DNA from: Octopus sinensis
Taxonomy: Eukaryota
NCBI RefSeq assembly: GCF_006345805.1
Contig: NC_043006.1
Coordinates: 61,380,001-61,444,000, forward strand
Direction of reading: 5' to 3'
DNA: 64,000 nucleotides
Shown: one piece after another, positions 37,811 through 50,810 of the stretch
How positions within the stretch are numbered: the first letter of the stretch is position 1
Layout of the letters: every line of letters starts with the position of its first letter
Notes under the pieces: generated by a model
Seen by the model: the letters and a program-made list of their open reading frames with translations, nothing else
What the model was told of the DNA's origin: nothing
The model's database searches: none
Made by a program: the position numbers and the translations under genes

Positions 37811-38030
37811 ACTTATTAATCCGAGGGGAGGCAATGTGAGCAGCAACTAAAGGAACATTACAAAGCCCACAGAAAGATCAAACACATGCATATATTCATA
37901 TATTCATTTATATCTACATCTACAGAACAGATATAAAGTCCGACGTAGATATAAATGAATATGATGTTTCTGTGGATTTTGTTATGTTCTTTTAGATGCT
38001 GCTCAAATTGCCTCCTCTCGGATTAATAAG
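37811..38030. repeat. Imperfect fold-back (MITE-like) element
   Basis: 37811-37920 is the reverse complement of 37942-38030 (ACTTATTAATCCGAG.GGAGGCAAT.TGAGCAGCA.CTAAAG...), with scattered mismatches and a roughly 20-nt insertion in the left arm. Confidence 0.85.
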
Positions 38031-38178
38031 TATATATATATATATTATATATATATATATATATAGTTAATCCAAGCAAGAAAACACACACAAAAAAAAA
38101 ACAAAAAAACATAACAACGCGTGGACGTGGAACAAATAAAGTATTATTGAACGCTCAGGAAAGAAGGGAAGAAGGAGG

Positions 38179-38213
38179 GTTTAACGTTTCGAGTGGAGCT
38201 CTTCGTTGGAAAG
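38179..38213 (-). ncRNA. Degenerate minimal hammerhead (same family as 2438-2472)
   Basis: CTTT-CCAACGA-A-GAGC-TCC-ACTC-GAAAC-GTT-AAAC; the core CUGA is mutated to CCAA. Confidence 0.45.
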
Positions 38214-38265
38214 ATAGGAGAAGGAAAGATCCCGAGAAGGGAAGACAGATGAAAAAATTGCCAGC

Positions 38266-38316
<51 letters not shown>

Positions 38317-38399
38317 GTAAAAAGTTAAAAAACTATAGAAGGCTTGATTTAAAAGGTTAAAAATATATATTTGAGTCAATATGTCTGAAGAATGTTATA

Positions 38400-38770
38400 A
38401 ATTTTTTTCATACAATGACATAGTATAGAAGAAATGACCGGTTTCGCGTTCAGCTTTTCAAATTTCTTAAAACGTCATGTTTACGTTGAGCGGTGATCTA
38501 GATAATAAGTGATTTCTTCCGGTGTAAGGGAGAAAATCGCTTAAAATGATTTGCCTTTCTTTTGGATTGAGTTTCTCTGTATAAGTATGTTGGAATGGTT
38601 AAGTTTGGGTTGGTATTTTTCAATGAAGAATGTTTCCTTGTTTAGTCTAATTTGTGTTGGTGTTCCGATAGCACATTGGTAGAATGGAAATATTAGAAAT
38701 TGTGGTAGTAGTTGCTTTGCGCATTTCTCACTAAAGGGTATCATTCTGTATACCCTGTATTAAAAGCTTG
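38400..38770 (-). mobile_element. Penelope-like element 3' end
   Basis: FLIFPFYQC...IRLNKETFFIEKYQPKLN is a typical PLE GIY-YIG C-terminus; a hammerhead follows. Confidence 0.75.
38429..38468 (-). ncRNA. Hammerhead motif with U3-A8 core
   Basis: AAGAAAT-TTGAAAA-GC-TGAAC-GC-GAAAC-CG-GTC-ATTTCTT. Perfect 7-bp stem I, palindromic helix III (ACCGGT), GUC triplet, weak 2-bp stem II. Confidence 0.6.
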
Positions 38771-39054
38771 ACGTTATAAAGATAATCTCTTTGTTGGATA
38801 GTGGAAAAATTCATAGAAAATAGAAAGAGCGAAGGAAGAGGAGTGGCCAATACACACACAAACACACAAACACACACTCATGTATGTCTGTATGTTTAAT
38901 TCTCGATGTGAATAATGACTACTAATAGGAGATATCTCACATGTTTTTCTACACGTAACATGTGTATTACAGAATAAATAATAAGTAAACAGTCTCCAGT
39001 TTTCTGTTTTAATATGTAAATATTCTCCAATAAATATTTTTCAGCATTCAACAT

Positions 39055-39305
39055 TCTATCATAGCCTTGGTCCGACCAAAGCCTTGTAAATGGATTTAGT
39101 TGACAGAAACTCAAAGCTTGTCGAATAAATGTCAGTATCAATATCTATGTCTGTGTTTGTCCACCCCCACCGTTTGACAGCCGGTCTTCTTACGCTTACG
39201 TATCCCTAACATAGACGTTTAGTAATAGAGACCGATGGGATACTACCAGGTTTTAAAAAATAAGCACTGGGGTCGATTCATTCGACTACGAAATTCTTCA
39301 AGGCG
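39055..39305 (+). mobile_element. SINE family A, partial
   Basis: Core and 3' domain match the other copies. Confidence 0.7.
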
Positions 39306-39476
39306 GTCTTTTTTCCCCTTTGGACATTCCTCTTTTTCTTGTAACCGAAAATGTACTTTGCTTGAAACGTGAAGCAACTACTCTACTTCTTCTCTGAGTG
39401 ACTTATTCATACATTGCTTGTGCTACGTCCTCCCGTTTTTTTTTCTTTCTTTTTCTCTGATTTTTACTTGTATATA

Positions 39477-39826
39477 CTCTTTTACTTGCTTCAGTCATTT
39501 GACTGTGACCATGCTGGAGCACCTCCTTTAGTGGAGCAAATCGACTCTAGGATATATTCGTTGTATCAGTCTCTTAGGCCTAACCGCTAAGTTACGGGGA
39601 GTAAACACATCAGCATAGTTTGTCAAGCGATGTTGGGGGGAAAAACACAGACACACAAACACATACATACACACACTTATATATATAGGCTTATTTCAGT
39701 TTCCGTCTACCAAATCCACTCGACCCGAGGCTATAGTAGAGTACACTTGCCCCAGGTGCCACGCAGTGGGACTGAACCCGGAAACATGGGGTTCGTAAGC
39801 AAGTTACTTACCAAGCAGCCATTCCT
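39477..39826 (-). mobile_element. SINE family A
   Basis: Reverse complement of the family A head, core and tail. Confidence 0.85.
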
Positions 39827-39831
39827 CCGTC

Positions 39832-39871
39832 TATATATATATAATATATATATATATTATATATATATATT

Positions 39872-39931
<60 letters not shown>

Positions 39932-39946
39932 ATACATATATATATA
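39832..39946. repeat. (TA)n microsatellite
   Basis: Read directly from the sequence. Confidence 0.95.
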
Positions 39947-40429
39947 AAAGAAAATAACGAAGGAAAATGCACACAGATGACGTAGTTTTATCGATAATCA
40001 TGACATTAAAATTATTTTAATTACGTATTTTCTTCACAATATTTTTGGGTCATATTGCATGTGGAGTTTATGAATGAATGATTCAAATAGTAGAAAATAT
40101 AAGGGGAGGTAATTGATGATCGTTATTGTGGACACTAGAAATGTCCAGGGAACTCCTCAGCCTATGAATTCTCAACCTACTTATCCAGACAGCACAAGCA
40201 ACTCCGCAACATCCCAAACATAATCAAGCACCCCAACAATTTATTCCAGCGAAGAAACCCGAACCACTTACCTCCAACCAATTTCCTCAGACAGCAACAC
40301 CAACCTCTAAAAATATAATAGATAATAACAATAATAATACTGATACAATTAATAACAGTAATAATACTGATAACTTCTACCAACCAAATTACAGTAAACA
40401 TTTTTTTAGACCTAGTAGAGATAAACAGG

Positions 40430-41392
40430 GACACACGTCACAACAAAACTTACAGGAGAAACCCAAAGTAATAAATTTATCAAAGAAAACTCTCTCTGCA
40501 ACAAGAACCACTTTACTAGCTAACGGATTGAAATTTATCCCAAACCCACGAAGATTTAACCACAATGAAATTAAAGACAATATTTCGGAATTCTGCAGAA
40601 AACTACGACTCAAAGAAGCTTTAACTGCCCACAACAAGGAAGATAAGTCACTGGTTAAAAGCAGAAGTAATTACATTCAACCTAAACTTAGGAATAACAC
40701 ACTAGATGACTTCTGCGACTATATCCAAAATTTTCCACATACTTTCCATGAATGAAAATTAATTCAAACCTCAACAAACTAGAATGATAAAATATAATTG
40801 AACTACAAAACGACAAAGAACTGAACATTAAAGATGCAGACGAAGGAAATGCTGTAGTTCTGCTAAACAGAATATTACAAAAATCTAGCATTATCCATGC
40901 TAGAAAATTATGCCTTCTACGAAAAAAGTTGTAAATTATAAACAACAAAAACAATAAATATTCTTTCATCTGTAATACTTCTACATGGAAAGGCCTGACA
41001 GAAAAAGAAATAAATTACATCACTAACTTTATATATAAACCTAGTCTTTTTTACATACACAAGAGCAAGATAGTTTATGAAACCTGCAAACAATCACCAG
41101 ACAAATACATAAATATGCAAGCGTCAGAAGACTTAAAGTGAAGGCTCATTATAGCTGACCCAGCCTGTGAAACCTACCGCCTAAGCAATTTTCTATACAT
41201 ACTACTGAAACCCTTACTGAAATACATCAAAAGTTTAATTAGAGACGATCTAGACATACCTAGGGTACCTACCAAAATCAATTAATGAAGAAGCGTTAAT
41301 GGTTTCTTTCGCTGCTATCAAACTTTACACCAATATCCCACATGACTATGGAAGAAAAGCAATCAAATTCTGGTTGGAAAAGTATCCCGAAG
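40430..41392 (+). mobile_element. Penelope-like reverse transcriptase N-terminal remnant
   Basis: KVINLSKKTLS..LLANGLKFIP..FCRKLRLKE, NIKDADEGNAVVLL, IHKSK, RLII...LKPLLKYIKS, LYTNIPHDYG..AIKFWL. Many stops and frameshifts. Confidence 0.85.
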
Positions 41393-41394
41393 TA

Positions 41395-42720
41395 AATGAC
41401 TTATTTGGGTAATATCATCTCAATTTCTTCTGTGTCAGACCTTAATTTTAAAATTTTGTCACACTCTTCCGATAGTTTCTGCGATGTCAAATCCTGGTTG
41501 ATTTCCAGTTTTGATAGAATTTTCGTTCGGATTTCCACCTCTCTTTTATCTATTAATCCTTGTACAAAAATAAAACGCTCCAAAGAATCTGGAGTAAGCA
41601 TATCCAGCCTAAATCTCTCACATTCTTTGTTGCACATATCCCATGTAAGTAGTGAAGTCTTCATTCCAGATCTTTTCCATGTTTAAACATTTCTATCTAC
41701 TATTAAACAGTGAGCTGGCAGAAGGCGGCGAGCTGGCAGAAGCGTTAGCACGCCGGGCGAAATGCTCAGCAGTATTTCGTCTGTCGTTACGTTCTGGGTT
41801 CAAACACCGCCGAGGTCGACTTTGCCTTTCATACTTTCGGGGTCGATAAATAAAGTACCAGTTTCGCACTGGGGTCGATGTAGTTGACTTAATCCCTTTG
41901 TCTGTCTTTGTTTGTCCCCTCTATGTTTAGCCCCTTGTGAGCAATAAAGAAATATATTAAACAGTGAGCACTTTTCACTAAACATTTTGCACAAAATGTC
42001 GGTGGAATTTATGTCGGTCGCTACTTTTGCCAAAATGAAACTTCTATACTTATGCTCTGCTGCTTCTAGTTTTCTTAAAAGTAGACACATTTTCATTTCG
42101 TCTGTCCGATCCTGGCATTCTATTTAAAATATTTGTTGAAATCTTCGAAAGTAAGCCACGAAGATTGTTCCTTCTTCGGGGGCATCTTTGAATTCGCTTA
42201 TGGTTAGGCGAAAATGTATTCTCCGGCTTTGTTAGCAACTTCATTAAGTGTAACATTTGCTGCTGCAATCCTCGTTGTAGTTCTCATTGTTCCTCGAATT
42301 GTTGTTGTTGCTGTTTTTGCAACTCAAATATCCCAGCTAACAAGTCTTCCATATTTTACGTTTTTCGTAAATTTGTGCAACAAGATTTTTGTTTATTTTT
42401 GTCAAGGTATTTAATTTTACACGTGAATTAGTTTAAACTGTCCGCGTGATGGTTTTTTTTTCCACTCCGCGCAAATTCATCTTTCCTCGTCGCCACTGCT
42501 GTAAACTCGTCTATTGCTATTGTTGTATCTGTCTTTTGACGACAGTTGTTGCTCTGACAGATAATGTTATATTTCGAAGTCGTCGATAGAATGTTTCTAT
42601 CTGGCACTGTACAACCTTCAGTTGCACAGTGTTATTATTCTCGAAAGGTTGGATCGATATAAAGTCCGCTCTGTATCGCAGTATAATTACTATATCAGCA
42701 CAGACACAGCTATCAACACA
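41395..42720 (-). mobile_element. Ty3/Gypsy LTR retrotransposon 5' remnant (LTR, PBS, gag)
   Basis: gag-like MEDLL..QQQQQF..PEEGTIFVAYFRRF..KMCLLLRKLEAAEH..SEKCSLFN|SR*KCLNM..NKECERFRL..FIFVQGL..EIRTKILSKLE. PBS TGGCGACGAGGA at 42484-42495 follows a ...CA end. Putative LTR at about 42497-42720 (TG...CA). Confidence 0.75.
41716..41954 (+). mobile_element. SINE family B inserted in Gypsy gag, 15-bp TSD
   Basis: TATTAAACAGTGAGC at 41701-41715 and 41955-41969; removing the insert restores the gag frame. Confidence 0.92.
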
Positions 42721-43239
42721 GTCGTGCCCTCGGTCTTCGTGACCTTTCCCCTCCTGAACGGCTACTGGTCTATTTATAATGGCTGACTACTAATACTTTT
42801 AACCGGGAGGATTGTAGAGTTTCACTATACAACAGTGTACATTTATACTTTACAAGCCTTCTGTACTCCAGAGCTGCAACCACATACCGGATAGACTTAA
42901 ATTCTTTATCCACTCCACGGAAGAAAGAAAACACAGCAGTTGTATTCGATACTGTAATATTATATGATGATATATATTGCGTTATATAATATGTGCTGTA
43001 AATATTCGACCTCGTCAAAGTTAACACCAAGCGTAAAACACAGACGGCAAACGAGATTAGAAAACAGCCTTTAACGTATTCAGTATGTTTGAAGTATAAA
43101 TTCACACAGAAACGACTTTTAAGATTAAAAAAAGTATCTCCTTCTGTGATTATGACATTGCTTATTTTCAAAGTGGAAATATTAACATACGCCGCTTTTT
43201 TCATGTTCTCTCTGTTCTATTTTCTTCTGCAGCAAAAGT

Positions 43240-43321
43240 AAATAATGCATGAATACATACATATGTACGCACAAACATACATATGCACACAGACACATAC
43301 ACACATTAATACAGATGTGTG

Positions 43322-43381
<60 letters not shown>

Positions 43382-43457
43382 TATGTTTGTATTATACATG
43401 GAGATACACATACATAAACCGCACTATCTCATATGTATGTGTATAAATATATGTAGC

Positions 43458-43505
<48 letters not shown>

Positions 43506-43510
43506 ACACA
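43240..43510. repeat. Compound (CA)/(TA) microsatellite
   Basis: Read directly from the sequence. Confidence 0.9.
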
Positions 43511-43670
43511 CGCAGAAGTGGCTGTTGGATAAGTAGCTTGCTTACAAACAACATGCTTCCGGGTTCAGTTCCACTGTGTGGCATCTCGAACAAATGTCTT
43601 CTACTATAGTCGTGGGCTGACCAGAACTTTGTGAGTGGATTTGGTAGGCGGAAACTGAAAGAAGCCCGTC

Positions 43671-43712
<42 letters not shown>

Positions 43713-43945
43713 TATATATATATACGTACGTGTGTGTATATATTTATGTGTCTGTCTTTGTCCGCCCAACACCGCTTGACAACCGACGCTGGTGCATTTA
43801 CGTCTCGGTAAAATAGCAGTTCGGCATTAGATACCTATAGAATAAATGCTAGGTTTACACATAATAAAACTTGGGGCGATTTGTTTGACAAAAGGCGGTG
43901 CCCCAGCAAGGCTGCAGAGAATTTACTGAAAGTAAAAAAATAAAA
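43511..43945 (+). mobile_element. SINE family A
   Basis: Head, core, internal (TA)n and 3' domain are all present. Confidence 0.8.
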
Positions 43946-43983
43946 AAAGGAATAAAAGAATATATATATATGTATATATATAT

Positions 43984-44201
43984 GTCCACTCCTCTCTGGA
44001 TCGCGCCTTTCTCATCCACGTGATCCAAATCGTCCTCCTGAAATCGTAACTCCACCACCGTGGAGGCCTTTCGGGTGGTCGTTTCCGCTCGCGCGGGTAC
44101 CACCCGACAGCTGCGCGGGTTCACCGATTATCGGTGAACCGGCCGACGTATCCAGATGTAACCAACGGTGTCAAATAGACGCCTCACGGACTGGTCGGTC
44201 A

Positions 44202-44206
<5 letters not shown>
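43984..44206. other. GC/CpG-rich multi-hairpin island between (TA)n tracts
   Basis: Hairpins at 44050-44065, 44071-44107 and 44118-44140. Confidence 0.7.
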
Positions 44207-44250
<44 letters not shown>

Positions 44251-44480
44251 TATATATAATATATATATGTATATATATATATATGCATATATACACAAAT
44301 ATATATGCATGTAAGCATATCTATATATGCATATAATATATATATATATATGTGTATATATATAAATATATACACATGTATATATATATAATATATTTAT
44401 ATATATATATACACAAACATATATATGCATATAATATATATATGTATATATATATAAATATATACACACGTATATATATA

Positions 44481-44534
<54 letters not shown>

Positions 44535-44560
44535 GTATATATATATATATATATATATAT
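44207..44560. repeat. Interrupted (TA)n microsatellite
   Basis: Read directly from the sequence. Confidence 0.95.
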
Positions 44561-45254
44561 TACAATTTCAAAATTTGGCTTAGAATTTAGAACATAAAAG
44601 CAAAATTAATAGACCACCACAACATCTATCACCACCACAACCATCATCATCACCTCATTATTAACAATCGTATTACGGGCACTACTATTTTACCTGTGAC
44701 AAATTTTTCACACACACATATATATATAAACTGTCATATGTCCAAATGTTGCCAAATGCGAATTTTTCAATACTAAATATTACTAGCAATAGTCGCTTCT
44801 TCTGATCAAACTATCTTATCTCCAGCTGCTTCAGATGCCAAGATATCAAAAATTGTCAAAGTGTAGTACAACGATTTTGCTATAGAATGGTGAAACAGCA
44901 ATGTTTTGGACTTACGGCACTTTGCATAATAGCAAAGATATATATATATATAAAAAAAATATAAAAACACACTCACTCATATTTATATTATATATTTATG
45001 TGTGTAAGATGTGACAGCATTCTGTTTGTCGTTGCCTGCGTTGAATGTGGAAATATGCCAGCTCAGGATGAGAACACTTTGTGAATCAATTTATTTCACG
45101 AGTAAAGTTTATATCTTTGAAATATTTTAAAACATTTCCTTCTGCTAATACTTTTATTCTACATTTGTTTCACATCCATTAATACAATCAATACATACCT
45201 CACCTACGCGCCTCATTTTTTATAGTTCGTTCCTTCTCTCATCAGAAACATCGA

Positions 45255-45394
45255 TATCGTTATCATCGTCACCACTACCACCACCACCAACACCGCTTCC
45301 ACCACTGCCATTCCCACCAGCACTACTTCCACGACCATCACCACCACCACAACTACTACTACTACTGCTGCTGCTGTTGCTGCTGCAACTACTT

Positions 45395-45456
<62 letters not shown>

Positions 45457-45597
45457 ACTACTACTTCTACTACTACTGCAATAATCAACAGCGCCACCAA
45501 CGTGATCGTAATCACCATTTCAACCACTACCACTACCACCATCAACATTACCACCACCACCACCACCATCATCATCATCGTCGTCTTCATCATCATT
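45255..45597. repeat. Compound trinucleotide repeat (ACC/ACT/GCT/ATC)
   Basis: Read directly; source of the spurious poly-V ORF. Confidence 0.92.
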
Positions 45598-46100
45598 ATC
45601 TCATTTTTAACAGTTGTATTAGGGGCACTAGTGTTTTTGTATTGACAAGTGATTTTTCACATAATTAGTAATTTTCTTATTGTCGTGTTTTCGTAATTTT
45701 CTCATCGGTAGTATTGCTGCGTTTTTTTTTTTTTATGTGCAATTATTGTTATTGCTCGTGATGCTCATTCATTATTGAAGTTTTTCTTTTCATTTCCGAG
45801 GAATTTCTTTTAATTGGGGATCTTATAATTCTGAGACCAAGACACGCAATAATGGAAAATTGTTTCCAAGGCTCAAATTGCAGGAAATATTTCAGGCAAT
45901 TATTCGTTCTCAATAAAAGCATATGTTTCTATAAGTGTAACATATTATGCTACAGAGTTATCAAATTGGTTGGTATTATCTTCTACAATTACTGTTCAAT
46001 AATTTTTCCTTACTGGTAGCAAATATTTTTTTATGCTTATTTATTATCTTCGACAAATATTTTCATAAAAAATAGTACTTAAATGGATGCAAGCATGTCG

Positions 46101-46501
46101 CTTTTACTCTCTTTTACTTGTTTCAGTCATTTGACTGCGGCCATGGTGGAGCACCGCCTTTAATCGAGCAACTCGACCCCAGGACTTATTCTTTGTAAGC
46201 ACAGTACTTATTCTGTCAGTCTCTTTTGCCGAACCGCTAAGCGACGGGGACATAAACACACCAGCATCGGTTGTCAAGCAATGCTAGGGGGACAAACACA
46301 CACATAAACATACACGCACATATATATATATATATATACATATATACGACGGGCTTCTTTCAGTTTCCAAATCCACTCACAAGGCTTTGGTCGGCCCGGG
46401 GCTATAGCAGAAGACACTTGCCCAAGGTGCCACGCAGTGGGACTGAACCAGGAACCATGTGGCTGGTAAGCAAGCTAGCTACTTACCGCACAGCCACTCC
46501 T
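46101..46501 (-). mobile_element. SINE family A
   Basis: Well-preserved reverse-complement copy from head to tail. Confidence 0.88.
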
Positions 46502-49500
46502 GTGATTAAAAAAAAATAATAATACCGCTCTCTTTGTATGATGGCCGATTTCAAAGTAGTGATCCGTGTGAAAATTACACGATGTAACACAATTTTTATT
46601 TATTTATCTGTTTATATATTTTGTCTTTGGTCAGTGAATGTTATTGGTTATTTGCTTCTGTCTAGAAATAAAAGGAGACGACAACTATTCCCTTCAAACA
46701 TTGGTTTTGTGACCTGGACAAAAACAAAAACAGACGTATTTTCTTTTACATTTCAGACAGATTCAGTGCTGACAAATATTCTGCACAGATTTGCTTGTCA
46801 GTTGCTTGACCATAACCACTTGAACGTGTGCCTTAATTGCTGACAATATGTGCACCTCAGATCATGAGCAGGAGTGGTGTGGTAGCACCATAGCAATATG
46901 TTGAGAGGGTTTCTATGAGGTTTAAATAAACCTAACAAAGGCAAAGTTCGAAGGAAATGTTAGCCATTTTTCATTTTCTTGGGGGGGGGTAAAGAAATAA
47001 GAAATTACAGTTGTTAGAGTGCATGTTGGTTCACGAGACCTAACTGAAAGGGATTATACTTGATTTGGATTATTCTTAACCCTGCATCATAACAAATAGC
47101 TGGACAGATAGATAACTGACAGTATCCATGTATTTGCATGTTCTTTCACATCTGAACTAGCGTAAACATGGATATATGAAAACTGTTAAACCCATTAACA
47201 AAAGTTAATAACTGCACAGGTGGTTTAGATATCAGAATTACTACGATCTTAAATTAAATATATTTTTAATTATATCCGATTAAGTTATATTTGAACCCTG
47301 CTTTCGTTTTTTTTTTTACCATTTCGTCAGTATGGGAAAAATGAAATAGTAATAGATAATAGCAGGTGATGACTTATAAATTCATCACACCTTAATAATT
47401 CAATTTTCATGAATTTTAAAAGTGGACGCCAATACGCATATGTCTGTCTTCCTTTTGCTGTGAATGAAAAAGCATTTCAACAGTTATAGATGTTTTCAAA
47501 AGTTTACTTACGAGTGAAGTATTATTGCATATCATTAAACTAAATGCATTCTTAAGTATTATCTGAAGCATCGGCTACATTTCGATATACACTATACAAC
47601 GGAAACAAAGTCGATTGGTGAAGCAACACAGTATTGTCATTTCCGTTAATTATAATGAATTCAATTTGAAGATATTTTCGAGTAGATTTGTCTATTTAAC
47701 ATGTTTTATGCGGTCTTTCATTTCAGTCGTAAATGCAACATAATAATAATTATAAACCATAATTGAATCGGATAGTTCAACTAGATAACAATGAGGACAA
47801 AGATGAATACTGCGATGAATTTCCCGTTTTCCATATTGTAAGCAGTGCAATATTTTAAAAATATATTGCAGCCTAGGAGGACATTTCAAATATTGAAGAC
47901 AGCTAGTGATTTTGTTATTCAGGCAGAAGAAATGATTCTATGTTTCATCAACAGGTCGGTGAATATATATATGTGACGTCAAAACTTTCAAGAAGTTATA
48001 CTGTCACATATATTTCAAATGTGAGTTGAACATAACCGCTCTAACTATGAGTTTCAGATACGTTCTGATTCGTTCAATCGTTAGTGTCGAACAATGTGAA
48101 GCATTATTCCGTCCGATTTATTACGTTGTCTGTACAATCAACTCTGATCCCACTGTTTGTTTGAACTCTCCAGACATGTTATCATAGTTTCCTCAGGGTC
48201 ACGTGTTGATGTAACCGACTGACACAGTACGCTAAAAGTAGCTTGCATTCTGCTTAGAACATAACACACACACACACACACACACACTTATCCATACACT
48301 TATACACGCATTCGTGCACACATATATGTATATATTATATAGATACATACACATACTCACGCACACGTGCAAACACAGATATGCACACACGCACACACAC
48401 ATATGCACACATACACACACACACATTATAGAAAGAAAGAATGGACTAGTAATAGAAGAGGTGTTACTTAATGCATGTAATTTATTATACAAACATGATT
48501 GCGGAGTTGTCAGAATAAATAAGCGATTAAGAAATAATGCATACAGTCTCGTACAGCTGTTTGTAGTATAACTGTGCATGTGGAGCATAGTTCATTGAGC
48601 AAAGATTCCTATATCAGTAAATTATACCCTCTTCAGAGAAGAAGAATTTAAAAAAATATCTTTAATAAGAGATATTAGAAGTAACTAGTTCCATCGTTGA
48701 AGGGAGAGTAAGGTAAGTTATGAGTGGAAGGTCTGGGAGGAATACGAGGACAGCATAAAGGAAAGATAGACTCGTAAATGCATGAGAGTAGAGACCGACT
48801 GGTATAGTGAAGGCCTATATAACTCAGTGATAAGGATATATGTGAGTGTGTGCATATACACAGGGAAACACACATACATATAAATACATAGACGCACAGA
48901 TGTACACACAAACACACACACATACGCGCGCGGGCAACAAACACTCACACACACTTATACTCAATCACATGCACACATATGTATGCCCAAAAGAATATAC
49001 TAACATACAGACATGCGTATAAAGGAATAGAGGATACGGAAATACTTATGGAAGATGTTTACTGGTAAGGTATGAAGAAAAACATATGTATAATGGTAAG
49101 AACTTAATTGTAGTGGCTACAAGTGTGGCTAGAATTATTGGGTAGCCAGAGCAGTGGGGGGTAGCGTTTGATGGTTGTCAGACAATATAAGTTTAATAGT
49201 GATTCCAGCACGGTGTGTGTTGAGGAAGTGTTAAACTTCAACTGGTTCTCGGTGTAAGCTATAGTAATATAAAAAAATAGATTGAATATTATTGGGAGTA
49301 TAGTCATTAGCAATAAAATGCATTAAATTTTCACTAGATTTGAATAGAGTGAAATAAACAAAATATAAAACAAACAAAATGAAATAAAATAAATCAAAAT
49401 AACTTAATAGGTTGAATAAATGTATTAGATACACTACGTACATAAATTTAAATTAACCAATGTTTAATTTAAATAGTTCTAATATAAATCATAAGTGAGG

Positions 49501-50679
49501 TGAAGAGTGAAAGTATAGCCAGAAGTTGCTTTCAAAATTGAGTGATTTATGACGAATTAGGAGAAAGGAATAAAAGACGATAAAGTAACTATATTAATTT
49601 ATTTAGGATTATGCAATGTCTCGGCAAGTTTTTAGTGAAAGTGGTGTTAAGAGAGCTATACAGATATATTTGTTTTACTGCATTTACATATGTGGTAAAA
49701 CCTAAACGTCTTAAAGAATCTATGAACACAAAAGGGGAATGCTTCAACATGTTTGTTGAAGAAACTGTGTTGATTTATGCGTTAGGATTAGTAAAGATTC
49801 TTTCAAGTATTTTGACTTCAAAGAATCTATTGAAAACACGGAGAAGTTTGGATATTGTATGGAGGACACGAGTTAATAACGGACCACGTTATATCGTATG
49901 AAATATTTTTTGATGAGGTAATATATGTAGTCGGCCAGAGAAGTAGATTTATACTGTTTTTCCTATTTAAAAGAACAGGGTCAATCTAATTTTCTGGAAT
50001 CATTCACTACGTTCTAAATATTTCTGTATTTTCATTTGATATATTACTTTACGTTTAACTGATTTCATACATTCAACTATAACATTACAAGTGCATCGCT
50101 TTCAAGGCTATGTGCTATCACAGTAGTCCTAGCATTTGCTTCATTCAAATTTCAATCTCTGGATATTGCTCAACTGGTGGCTCGTACGTTACTGCACAAT
50201 GGCGTCTCTTTTAGAACCTCCTTGGTACCAAGAAGCTTTCTGAAGATATAGTTTAGTCTGGCCGTATCGACTTCATACTTCACTTTAGAACATTCGAGGA
50301 AAATCGGAGGCGTCACACTACAACATTATAGCTTTAGTGCTATCGTTACACAGCACAGTACTACTTCGATTAATATAATCAGATATGTTCGATAGTTTTA
50401 CCTGCATGTAGCCAAATAAGAAAAGTATATAATTTTCAGCCTTTGGTATTCGAAACCATTTTTGGTCGGATATTTGGCAACATAGATTACTTATTTTATT
50501 ATATTCTTCGCGCATTTACGTTTTAAACCACTCTAAAAGTAGTTTTGCCTGACTGCTTAGTTTCAAAAGTAACAAATTATTTCCCGAGACACATATACAT
50601 AAGAGTGACTACCCGGATTCTGTGATGTATAAATTGCCCGTCTGGCCCTCATACTGTGGTGTTGCAGAATTAATCATAT

Positions 50680-50810
50680 TTTCTGTCAGCTGAGTGGTTT
50701 GGAACAATGTGTTACTCAAGAAAACAACGCATCATCCGATCCAGATATCGAAACTACGATGTTAGGATCGTGAGTGCAACATCCCAGTCACTAAGTCACG
50801 CTTCTCCACT
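50680..50810 (-). mobile_element. Old tRNA-derived SINE head (third family)
   Basis: The minus strand has GTGACTTAGTGACTGGGATGTTGCACTCACGATCC...GTTTCGATATC, a degenerate A/B-box layout. Confidence 0.4.

Noticed and set aside
39340-39378. Further hammerhead-like trace (…CGAAAA…GAAACGTG)
   Set aside because: The core and stems are too decayed to support a call.
42770-43204. 144-aa ORF on the minus strand
   Set aside because: No recognisable motif; low-information AT-rich composition; unsupported without a database search.
45213-45596. 127-aa poly-Val/Ala ORF
   Set aside because: Translation of a compound trinucleotide repeat.
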